Virus record (IMG/VR): IMGVR_UViG_3300020129_000334
Span: 1 to 62,160 of that record
Length of the DNA stretch: 62,160 nucleotides
From: a virus
Lineage: Duplodnaviria > Caudoviricetes
Direction: 5' to 3' (one strand)
Shown: piece by piece, positions 37,355-45,230 of the stretch
How positions within the stretch are numbered: position 1 is the first letter of the stretch
How the letters are laid out: every line of letters starts with the position of its first letter
The notes under the pieces: generated by a model
Databases searched by the model: none
What the model was told of the DNA's origin: nothing
Seen by the model: the letters and a program-made list of their open reading frames with translations, nothing else
Translations under genes and position numbers: made by a program

Positions 37355-40300
37355 ATGCGTTTCCTTCTCCTCTCCCCGCGAGGGGCGGCGCCGACGTTTA
37401 TTTCGAGCCAGTACGTTACCAAGGTTGGCGGCTCGACGTTCTTCGTTGGCACCAACTTTCGTATCGGCATGACGGCCACCGTCAACATTGGGGGCACCGT
37501 CACGTTCACCAGTGTCACGGTCCCCACGGACGGCGGCTCGTTTGCCACAGCGACGCTCCCCGCAGGCTCGTATACGCCGGGCAATTACGACCTGACGCTG
37601 ACGAATCCCGACGGGCAAAGCGTGACGTCCGTGGGCGGGTTTACCGTCTTTGGCCCCTCGACGATTTCGGGCTTGATGTGGGACTTCGACGCGAGCGCGG
37701 GCGTCTCCACAAGCGGCTCTCTCGTGACGACGTGGGTCGATCAGTCGGCGAACGCTTACACGCTCAGCGCCAGCGGCTCCAATCGTCCCACGCTCACGAC
37801 GAATGCGCTCGGCACCAATTCGAGCATCGACGGCGATGGGATCGCGGCATGGATGCTTTCGACGGGGAACATCACGCAGTCCACCAAGAGCGTGACGGTG
37901 TTCGCCGTAATGAAGGTGCCATCGACCAGTGCCAACAGCTCCGTCATCTTCGAACAAACGAACAACAGCAAGGCCGGCTCGTCGGTCAACGGCTATCGCG
38001 TCGAATACAACACCTCGGGGCCGCAGCTTGACGTCTCGAGCGGCACGTCCTCCGGCGCCAGCCTGAACGAGGTCTACGCGATCGTCGGGCCTTCGCTCAA
38101 TAGCGGCTATGCGGTCTATGCCTTCGTCTTCAATCGTGCGGCCACCTATCCGGTCACGATCATCGGTGGCAATCCGGCTTTCGAACTAACGAACGTCGCC
38201 GGTGCATTCTCGGGGCAAGGCCTCATTACGGATGGAACGAGCGCAAGCAACTACGACACGGCGCCGCTATCGATCTTTGCACGGAACGTTTCGGCTGCAG
38301 CGAGCGCCCCGAGCAAGGCGAGCATCGTTCGGCTCTTTGCGTACAACACCGCGCTCACGCAAACGACCATTCAGAACGTCGTCTATGCGCTCGAGTCGCA
38401 ATACGCCACGGACCCCACGCCTGCAACGGCGCAGCTCCTGGTCGTCGGCGACTCGATCAGCTCCGTTTTCGACACCGCCGGGTCGCTGAGTTGGAGCACG
38501 TACATCTACGCGGCGCCCAACTTCTACGACAATCTCCACCTCGACATTAGCGCGATCAGTGGATGGACCGCGGGGAATGCCTATACGAATCGCGTTTCCA
38601 TTTTCACCCCGCGGCGCTCCGACGTTCCGTGCGATGCCGTCATCTGGCTAGGGACCAACGACTTCGCAACGAACGACACGCAATCGCCGGGCGACCTCTA
38701 CGCAAACACCCTCGCCCTGCTGATTGATTATGTTCACGGGCTTAGCTCGCCGGCCATTCGCACGATCCTCGTCTGCACGATGCTTCCCCGCAACGTCGTC
38801 TCGGCGGGTACGGCGGCCACGTTCGAAGCGAAGCGCGTCGGCAAGGATACGAGCGGCAATGCACTCGCCGGGCGCCAGCAAAACCACGCCTATGTCTCGA
38901 CGACGCCCGATTGGATTCTGATCAACGACGGGAGCGGCAACCCCACGCTGTTCCGCTGCACCACGAGCGGCACCACGGCCAACAACGCGGGCCCCGCCTA
39001 CTCGTTCACGCTCGCCGCGACGACGACCGACGGCACTGCAGTCTTCACTTGCTACGGGCGCCCGTACAACGACCTGATCAACGACGCGGCCAATCAATCG
39101 TCGCACCACTATACGGCCGTCAATCTGGGCGATCCGACCACGCCGCTGGGAACGTTCGCGAACACGAACAACACGACCTATTACCTCAGCGACAAGATTC
39201 ACCCTCAGGCGACCTACCAAACCGGCCAAACGACCCCCTCGAGCCCCAGCGGGCCGCCCTTCGCCAACAGCATTCTGGCCGCGTTCGTCCCGTACCTGAA
39301 GCAGGGCGGCACGCTCTCGCGAACGTACTTCCCCCCGACGATCACGGGCTGCACGGGAATCGAGAGCGGCAACAGCAACGTTGCGAAGGGCTCGCCGTTT
39401 ACCGCGCAAGGGACTGACTTCGGCGAGCTGGACGCCACGCACCCGCTTCAGGTGAGCGACGGAACAACTTCGTTCGACTGCACCAGCGTTACGCGCATCT
39501 CCGACGTGAAGCTCAGCGCCATTGCCCCCGCATCCATCGCGGTCGGTGGCCCCTACGCCGTCACGTACAAGCGCGTCGATGGGCAGACGGCCACGGGCGG
39601 CTCCATTATCATTATTCCCCAGCCGTCGATTACGGGCGTCGCGGTGGGCTCTCTTTCGTCCGCTTCCTCGGAGACGATCGACCGTCACGTCCTGAACCCG
39701 CTCACGATCAAAATCTACGTCAACAATGGCGGGGGTTACGGCGCGACTGCGGCCACGTTCGGCGGCGTTTCGCTCACGAGTGTCACGTATTCGGCCGATG
39801 GCAGCGTTGTTACCGGCACGCTTCCCGTGGGCACGTACACGGCAGGCACCACGAACGTCTCTGTCACGAGCCCCTCGACTCCGACAGCGCTGGCCAATGG
39901 CTCCGTGCTCGTCAACCTGCTTGATCCTTCGACGATCTGGTCCTCGACGGTGCTTCGAGGCTGGTTCCGCGGCGACTCGGTGCAGGGGAGCGGCACGGCC
40001 ACGAGCTGGACAGACAAAAGCACAATCGGCAACAACCTGACCTCCATCGGTGGAGCGCCAACAATCAATACGGCCTCGAGTATCTTCTTGCAGAATGGCG
40101 TCGGCCTTCAGACCGTCACGCTCAACGGCACGTCCGATCGATTCTTGCGCCCTAATCCGACTTTCTCCATGGGTGGCAGTACGCCGGTTCCGTGTTCCGT
40201 CGGCGCCATCATGCAGTTTGGGGCTACGTCTTCGAACAACGGGCGCATTGCTCGCTACTCGACGACCGGCGGCGCGCTGGGCATTGGCACCGTCTCGTCG

Positions 40301-40630
40301 GGCACGAAGAAGCCTGTCCTCGATGTCACCTGGACCTCGACCTGGCCCACGGCATTCACGACGCCGTTTTCGTTCTACGGGCACTGCAATGGCGCGACCG
40401 TCTCGACCGGCGGAATTGCTGTCAACGGCGCCACCGAGCAGACAGGTTCAGGCTCCATGACGGGCGGCGGCATCACGACCGGTGGCCTTTTTGCGATTGG
40501 CTATGACGCCGGATCTGCATTCTGCGGCGGTGAGGTGAGCGAGGTCATCACCATCAACAAAGAGATGGCCGCAAGCGAAGCCCGGCAGTGGGCGATTTAC
40601 GCTGCGAACTACCATGGCGTCGTTATCTGA
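37355..40630 (+). CDS. Multidomain tail spike/fibre: Ig-like and LamG-like domains plus SGNH hydrolase
   Basis: YDLTLTNPDGQS (IPT/TIG-like); GLMWDFDAS and LRGWFRGD modules; SGNH blocks VGDSIS, AISGWT, WLGTND, DKIHP. Confidence 0.75.
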   Translation: MRFLLLSPRGAAPTFISSQYVTKVGGSTFFVGTNFRIGMTATVNIGGTVTFTSVTVPTDGGSFATATLPAGSYTPGNYDLTLTNPDGQSVTSVGGFTVFGPSTISGLMWDFDASAGVSTSGSLVTTWVDQSANAYTLSASGSNRPTLTTNALGTNSSIDGDGIAAWMLSTGNITQSTKSVTVFAVMKVPSTSANSSVIFEQTNNSKAGSSVNGYRVEYNTSGPQLDVSSGTSSGASLNEVYAIVGPSLNSGYAVYAFVFNRAATYPVTIIGGNPAFELTNVAGAFSGQGLITDGTSASNYDTAPLSIFARNVSAAASAPSKASIVRLFAYNTALTQTTIQNVVYALESQYATDPTPATAQLLVVGDSISSVFDTAGSLSWSTYIYAAPNFYDNLHLDISAISGWTAGNAYTNRVSIFTPRRSDVPCDAVIWLGTNDFATNDTQSPGDLYANTLALLIDYVHGLSSPAIRTILVCTMLPRNVVSAGTAATFEAKRVGKDTSGNALAGRQQNHAYVSTTPDWILINDGSGNPTLFRCTTSGTTANNAGPAYSFTLAATTTDGTAVFTCYGRPYNDLINDAANQSSHHYTAVNLGDPTTPLGTFANTNNTTYYLSDKIHPQATYQTGQTTPSSPSGPPFANSILAAFVPYLKQGGTLSRTYFPPTITGCTGIESGNSNVAKGSPFTAQGTDFGELDATHPLQVSDGTTSFDCTSVTRISDVKLSAIAPASIAVGGPYAVTYKRVDGQTATGGSIIIIPQPSITGVAVGSLSSASSETIDRHVLNPLTIKIYVNNGGGYGATAATFGGVSLTSVTYSADGSVVTGTLPVGTYTAGTTNVSVTSPSTPTALANGSVLVNLLDPSTIWSSTVLRGWFRGDSVQGSGTATSWTDKSTIGNNLTSIGGAPTINTASSIFLQNGVGLQTVTLNGTSDRFLRPNPTFSMGGSTPVPCSVGAIMQFGATSSNNGRIARYSTTGGALGIGTVSSGTKKPVLDVTWTSTWPTAFTTPFSFYGHCNGATVSTGGIAVNGATEQTGSGSMTGGGITTGGLFAIGYDAGSAFCGGEVSEVITINKEMAASEARQWAIYAANYHGVVI

Positions 40631-41005
40631 ATGAGGTTCAGCTTGTCGGTCGAAACCTGGGTCGCGCTCGGAACCTTTATCGTCGTACTTGCCACCATTC
40701 TCTGGCAGTTGTCGGCGACACTCACGGGACTACGATCCGAACGTACGCAGATGTCTGCAGAGATTACGGATATGAAGCGGGCCATTGCAGAGCTGCGTGC
40801 GGCTCTCGAGCGGCTCGACAAGATCCCGCTTCACGAGCTGAAGATCGCCCAGCTTGAGAAGGTGGTGGACTCGCAGCAAAAGCAAATTGCCACGCTCTGG
40901 CACAAGGTCTTTTCGCTCGACAAGCACACGGCGGTTCTGCGCGCGACGAGTGAGCACGACCTCTCGAGCTTCCATGACACCGACCGGCCGCCGGAGGACG
41001 ACTAA
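40631..41005 (+). CDS. Membrane-anchored coiled-coil protein (lysis region)
   Basis: One N-terminal TM helix followed by heptads. Confidence 0.7.
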   Translation: MRFSLSVETWVALGTFIVVLATILWQLSATLTGLRSERTQMSAEITDMKRAIAELRAALERLDKIPLHELKIAQLEKVVDSQQKQIATLWHKVFSLDKHTAVLRATSEHDLSSFHDTDRPPEDD

Positions 41006-41175
41006 TGGACAAGCTCCGCATCGAAACGTTGGCCGCGTTTGCCATCACGGTGGCGTCGGTAACATTGCTGACCATCTTCGACCGACCTATCCCGGTGGCG
41101 ATCGCAAGCATCCTCGGGGCGCTTTGCACGGCCATCCTGCCGGCTCTGTTCCGCTCGACCGGAGGCCCTCAATGA
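41005..41175 (+). CDS. Putative holin (56 aa, two TM helices; MDKLRIETLAAF...)
   Basis: TAATG and ATGA overlaps; two hydrophobic helices; not in the ORF track. Confidence 0.6.
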   Translation: MDKLRIETLAAFAITVASVTLLTIFDRPIPVAIASILGALCTAILPALFRSTGGPQ

Positions 41176-41444
41176 ATCGTCAGGTGCTCATCGTTGCCGT
41201 GGGAGCCTTGTTCTTTGGCTTCCTCGGAGCCTGCGTGCTTGCACTCACCGGTTGCGGCGCCAGTCTGCCGTCCCCTTCGGATCAGGCGGCCGTCGCGGCG
41301 TACGAAGCGGAGCAGCTCGCATGCGTGATCGAGGCGGGCGCTCGGATCGATGCCGATCGTTGCCGCTGCGCCGTTCACCAGAAGTGGGGCCGCGGGTGCA
41401 CGACACTTTCGCTGGGCGGTCCGCGTGACGGAGGCGTCGAATGA
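41172..41444 (+). CDS. Lipoprotein (spanin candidate)
   Basis: Signal ending in LTGC; located in the lysis cluster. Confidence 0.6.
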   Translation: MNRQVLIVAVGALFFGFLGACVLALTGCGASLPSPSDQAAVAAYEAEQLACVIEAGARIDADRCRCAVHQKWGRGCTTLSLGGPRDGGVE

Positions 41445-41716
41445 CCACGGCATCGGTTGAAGCTCAGGCCCTCGCTCTGCTCTCGTGGCTGATCCAAAAC
41501 TTCGGCGCCAACCTCGTGATGAGCATCTTTGGCGTCATGACCGGGACCGCCGAGGGGATGCTGATCGAGGACGTGTCGATCTTCGTCTCGAGCGTGCTCA
41601 GTGCCATTCGTAGCCAGGTCGACGATGATCGTCTGCGCGCGCTGCTCGAGGCCGAATATGTGGCTGCCGATGCCGCCGTGGACGCCGTTGAAGCGAAGAA
41701 GTTTCCCGCCCCTTGA
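41441..41716 (+). CDS. Hypothetical lysis-region protein
   Basis: Coupled ORF. Confidence 0.65.
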   Translation: MTTASVEAQALALLSWLIQNFGANLVMSIFGVMTGTAEGMLIEDVSIFVSSVLSAIRSQVDDDRLRALLEAEYVAADAAVDAVEAKKFPAP

Positions 41717-42420
41717 TCTTCGCGGCCCCAGCGGCACAGCCCCCGCCGCTCCAGCTCTTTGCCGAGGTGCGACCGATGAGCAATTCCCACTGGCCGGACT
41801 CCAACCTGATGGCGCTGAAGGGCGTCGCCGCGCGCCTGGGCATCGAATGGCGGGATCTTCTCGCCGTCATGGCCAACGAGAGCGCGTGCCTGCCGGACCC
41901 CCCGCACAACGGCCCTGCGCGCGGCCTGATTCAGTTTGAGCCGGAGACGCTGCACCGGTTGGGCTGGAACGGGAGCCCCAACGACTTCGCGCGGGCCAAC
42001 GGGGTAGCGGAGCAGCTCGATTACGTGGAGCGGTACTACCTGCCGTACGCGCGCTCAGGCTTGCTCGCTCCGGGGCTTGGGGCGCTCTATACGGCGACGT
42101 TCCTCCCGGCCCTTCTTCGCCATGCGGGGGACACCGATTACGTGCTCTGCGGGCTGACAGGGCCCCTGGCGTGGGCGTACCGCTCTAACCGCGGATTCGA
42201 TCGCGAAGGGAAGGGGACGATCACCGTCGGGGACCTCATGACCGCGGCCCAGCATGCCCTTGAGCGCGTAGGGCTGGCCCAGGAGATCATCGCCCGGCTG
42301 GAAGCGATCGAAGGGGATGCCGAGCCCGCCGCCGTGGCCATTGACGTGACCGATGGGGGCCAGGATAAGCCGGCCTTCCTCGTTCCGCCGGCCAATGACA
42401 CGGACGAAGAGGCGGGATAA
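41713..42420 (+). CDS. Endolysin, lytic transglycosylase/lysozyme fold
   Basis: LLAVMANES (catalytic Glu), ARGLIQF, EQLDYVERY; start uncertain. Confidence 0.8.
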   Translation: MIFAAPAAQPPPLQLFAEVRPMSNSHWPDSNLMALKGVAARLGIEWRDLLAVMANESACLPDPPHNGPARGLIQFEPETLHRLGWNGSPNDFARANGVAEQLDYVERYYLPYARSGLLAPGLGALYTATFLPALLRHAGDTDYVLCGLTGPLAWAYRSNRGFDREGKGTITVGDLMTAAQHALERVGLAQEIIARLEAIEGDAEPAAVAIDVTDGGQDKPAFLVPPANDTDEEAG

Positions 42421-42421
42421 A

Positions 42422-42560
42422 GCGCGGGCGACAAAATCGCAGTGTCTGGGGGTCAGGCTTGCGCCCGGCCAAGAAATTCGCCTTTCGGCGCCAGCTCCTG
42501 CTGGTACGAGGTGGAGTCGAACCACTTCCTGGATGTAGACCCTACGGCATTCGCCCGCGC
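42422..42560 (-). ncRNA. Y-RNA-like RNA 3 (T-loop and multi-hairpin module)
   Basis: Terminal stem GCGCGGGCGA-AUGC...UUUUG-UCGCCCGCGC; GUGG-UUCGACU-CCAC; CGCC-GAAA-GGCG; GGGC-GCAA-GCCU. Confidence 0.75.
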
Positions 42561-42572
42561 CAGCAGCGTAGC

Positions 42573-42755
42573 CTACGTCTTCGGGCAGCGACAGCCGTTA
42601 TTGAGGATCACGTCCAGCTCAAGACGGACCGCCTCGTAGGCCGCCCCACGAAGCTTGTGCTCCTCGCCCGCTAGAGGCTGAAGACGAATCCGCACGTCCG
42701 ACTCCGCCTCGCAGACGTCGCAGATCACGTTGAGGTAGATTCGCGGGTGCTTCAT
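42573..42755 (-). CDS. Small putative Zn-binding protein within the ncRNA array (60 aa)
   Basis: MKHPRIYLNVICDVC...GCRCPKT; fills the gap between RNA 2 and RNA 3. Confidence 0.55.
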   Translation of the reverse strand: MKHPRIYLNVICDVCEAESDVRIRLQPLAGEEHKLRGAAYEAVRLELDVILNNGCRCPKT

Positions 42756-42767
42756 GGGCTGAAAAGT

Positions 42768-42835
42768 GCCGACGACAAGGGTACTGCTGGCCGGACTCGA
42801 CGTTTGCGATGTAGAGCCCGATTGCATTCGTCGGC
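42768..42835 (-). ncRNA. Y-RNA-like RNA 2 (minimal, 68 nt)
   Basis: GCCGACGA-AUGC...CUUG-UCGUCGGC terminal stem; inner stem UCGGGCUC/GAGUCCGG. Confidence 0.7.
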
Positions 42836-42843
42836 TGAATAGC

Positions 42844-42978
42844 GCTGGTGACAAAGGGCGTAGAGATGTTTTTCGCGCTCTACCAATTGAGCTACCGCAG
42901 ACTCGCGCCTGCGACCTGGACTCGAACCAGGAGCCTCGACTGTTACAAGCAGTGTAATCCCTACAAGCATTCACCAGC
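42844..42978 (-). ncRNA. YrlA-like Y RNA (permuted tRNA mimic)
   Basis: GCUGGUGA-AUGC...UUUG-UCACCAGC; T arm CCUGG-UUCGAGU-CCAGG; acceptor-like stem closed by GCGA; D arm UA-GCUC-AAUUGGUA-GAGC. Confidence 0.85.
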
Positions 42979-42980
42979 AG

Positions 42981-43075
42981 TCCACGCCAGCGGAATCGAA
43001 CCGCCGCCCCCCGGACCTCTCCCGGCTTTCCCTTTCAGAGCCACGGAAGCAATTCGGGCACACCGAGCGCGTGGA
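42981..43075 (-). ncRNA. tRNA-like structured RNA (not a canonical tRNA)
   Basis: UCCACGC/GCGUGGA closing stem; T arm GGCGG-UUCGAUU-CCGCU; no canonical D or anticodon arm. Confidence 0.55.
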
Positions 43076-43166
43076 AACGGGAAGGGCATCAACGAGTCGC
43101 CAAGCTTTGAAGCAGCTCGCCACCCCCTTCCCCTAGAGGCCTAACAGACGAATCCCGGGTCGTCCA

Positions 43167-43550
43167 TCACCGTTTGCCCGCAGCGCCCACGTAGGCATTG
43201 AAGGTGCTGGTAAAGGCGGCCTTCCAGCTCCAATCGTCCATGACCCAGGCCGCGAATTGCTGGTCCGTGAGGTTGATTTCGGTGAGCGTCGTCATCTCCA
43301 GCGCCTTGATCGCGCGGTCGTAGTCCTTCGTATGCTCGCTGGGCTCCATGACGGCAAAGTGCGTCGTGACCGGCTTTCCCGTCTTCGCGTCCCGCAGCGC
43401 ATTCTCCAGCATGGCGATCACTTCATTGCGGAAGCCCTCGGCGGCTACCTTGTACTGCGCTTCATGGTCCTTTCGGTTCTTCAGCACGACGGCCAGCAGC
43501 TCGGCCTTGTTGACCGGAATCAGGTTTCGTCCGTCAGGATTCTGGAACAC
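43167..43550 (-). CDS. Conserved-looking phage hypothetical protein
   Basis: VNKAELL...NRKDH...PSEHTKDYDRAI..LEM...VMDDWSWK; GGGAGG before GTG. The start could lie further upstream. Confidence 0.75.
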   Translation of the reverse strand: MFQNPDGRNLIPVNKAELLAVVLKNRKDHEAQYKVAAEGFRNEVIAMLENALRDAKTGKPVTTHFAVMEPSEHTKDYDRAIKALEMTTLTEINLTDQQFAAWVMDDWSWKAAFTSTFNAYVGAAGKR

Positions 43551-43629
43551 GGCTCCTCCCTTCGTTTCAGTGGGTGAGATCAAGCGTGCTTCGTAAACGT
43601 CATAGCCAGCGAATTCGAGCGGCATCCAA

Positions 43630-44154
43630 TCAGAAGGGGATGTCATCGTCGTCGGTCCCCGTGCCGCCAAAGTCCACGACGTCATTCGCCGGGTCGTTGC
43701 TGAGGTCGAGCGGCGGTGCGGTGTAGTCCTGCGCGCGCGGTACCGGCACAAGCGACGTGTCCTGGCTCCCGCCCTGCTGCCATCCGCTCTTGATTCGCAA
43801 GGCCCAGCCTCGAGCGCGACGTGCATCCAGGCGCTTGAATGTCGAGGTCAGCCGCTGCTTTGAATCGACGCGGTTCTGCTCATCGTCCTTCTTGGCCTGC
43901 CATTCCAGGAAGCCGGCGAGCGATTCGAGGAAGTCGGGCGGACAATGGCTGTAGGGCTTCCCGCGCTGGCTGGGACCCGTCCACTTCGGCGGATCGTTGC
44001 GCACGAGGGGATTGCCGTACTTGCCATCGAGCTCATTCGGTAGGCTCGTCGGCTGCGCAGTCGGATTGCGAGCCAGGATGGCCTCGAGCACCGATACGCG
44101 CTTCTTCAGGTCGTCCAGCTCGGCGCCGACGTTTCGATAATCTCGCTCGGCCAT
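43630..44154 (-). CDS. Protein with SSB-like acidic C-terminal tip (DDDDIPF)
   Basis: Position in the recombination operon; no obvious OB fold. Confidence 0.7.
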   Translation of the reverse strand: MAERDYRNVGAELDDLKKRVSVLEAILARNPTAQPTSLPNELDGKYGNPLVRNDPPKWTGPSQRGKPYSHCPPDFLESLAGFLEWQAKKDDEQNRVDSKQRLTSTFKRLDARRARGWALRIKSGWQQGGSQDTSLVPVPRAQDYTAPPLDLSNDPANDVVDFGGTGTDDDDIPF

Positions 44155-44156
44155 GA

Positions 44157-45230
44157 TTACCCCTTCAGGATGCGGATTCCCGCGCTTTCTCGGTTCGAAT
44201 ACGAGCAGCTCGCGATCTCCTCGTCGGTAGCCCCCTTGGCGCGAGCAAGAGCGATGAGATCGGACACGCTGGTGCGATTGACGTTGCGGTAGGTCTCCTT
44301 GAGGATGCCGCCCTCCACCCGCCATTCCTTCCCATCGACGAAGTGGGCGACCCCCGCCTTGAGCTGCTTGGCCAGAGCCTCGTACGTCTTCAGGCGGTGA
44401 AGGACATAGGCGGCCTCTTCGGCATCGTTCGGCGTGAAGGTAAGCGAGCGGCCGTTTTCGTTCGCCGGCAGGAGCGAGTCCATCTTCGTCAGCACACCCT
44501 GCGTCTCGGGGCAGCGGCCGAACGCTCCGCAACGAAGCTCCGTGCAGTGGGGCCCAGGATTCGGCGCGGCGTTGCCCACCTCGTCCAGAAGATCGTACGT
44601 GTCGCTGGCGATGGCCTCGATCTCAAGCGGCTTGAAGGTGCGGACGTGATGCGAAACGCCGTCCTCCGTCGCATGAAGGAGCCCGCCGCGCACCTGAGAC
44701 ACGCCGAAGCACCACGCGACTGCCAAGGCGTTGAGCCCGATCTGGCCCCAATAGCCCTCGCTCGTGTGGCCCGTCTTCCAGTCGAGGATGAGCGGCATAT
44801 CGGCACCAACGAGCGCGCTCCCGCCCGGCATCAAGAGGTCGAGCGTCATGCCGAATTGAAAGGGGGCCTTGAGGTCGCCGTAGTCCCGCACGCCCGCCGT
44901 CGTCACGGCCCAGGCGCGGCGCTTCTCGAGGTCCACCGCCATCTTCAGCTCGGCGAAAGCTGCGTCGTTGCCCACGAACGTCTCGAGCCACGCGAGCATG
45001 TGCTTCCAGACGCGGAGCATGCGCGGAAGCTGGTCCTCCACGTCGTACTCACGCGCGATCAGCACGACGTCCGGGTACGTATGCGTCTTGACCCAAACCT
45101 CCCCGCACTTGTGGAGCGCTCGGCCGAAGCGAGAATCCTCACTGTCCCCCCAACGGTCCATCTCTTCGGCCTCCCGGAACGGATAGCGGCACTTGGCGAG
45201 GAGGGCGGCCTTGCTGGCGCTAAACTTCAC
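44157..45230 (-). CDS. PD-(D/E)XK (RecB/Cas4-like) exonuclease
   Basis: FSASK...C, GRALH, ELKM, TLDLL, ILDWKTG, Q...A, PGPHC...C...CP. Confidence 0.85.
   Translation of the reverse strand: MKFSASKAALLAKCRYPFREAEEMDRWGDSEDSRFGRALHKCGEVWVKTHTYPDVVLIAREYDVEDQLPRMLRVWKHMLAWLETFVGNDAAFAELKMAVDLEKRRAWAVTTAGVRDYGDLKAPFQFGMTLDLLMPGGSALVGADMPLILDWKTGHTSEGYWGQIGLNALAVAWCFGVSQVRGGLLHATEDGVSHHVRTFKPLEIEAIASDTYDLLDEVGNAAPNPGPHCTELRCGAFGRCPETQGVLTKMDSLLPANENGRSLTFTPNDAEEAAYVLHRLKTYEALAKQLKAGVAHFVDGKEWRVEGGILKETYRNVNRTSVSDLIALARAKGATDEEIASCSYSNRESAGIRILKG

Noticed and set aside
15421-40384. Long antisense ORFs (e.g. 15421-17241, 20554-22254, 24186-25835, 30364-32397, 38648-40384; also 49001-50650)
   Set aside because: Shadow frames of high-GC genes on the opposite strand, with no recognisable motifs.
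42844-42978. Canonical tRNA gene (perfect T and D arms)
   Set aside because: The arms are in permuted order and the acceptor stem is closed by a tetraloop with no CCA end; it fits a YrlA-type RNA.
42752-43144. ORF-track ORFs over the ncRNA array (42752-42970, 42766-42957, 42848-43144, 5' part of 42573-42974)
   Set aside because: No RBS or protein-like composition; the sequence is better explained by RNA structure.
44157-45230. CRISPR-associated Cas4 or a CRISPR array
   Set aside because: No repeat-spacer array or other cas gene was seen; the context next to bet indicates a recombination exonuclease. The dispersed 14-mers are irregularly spaced.
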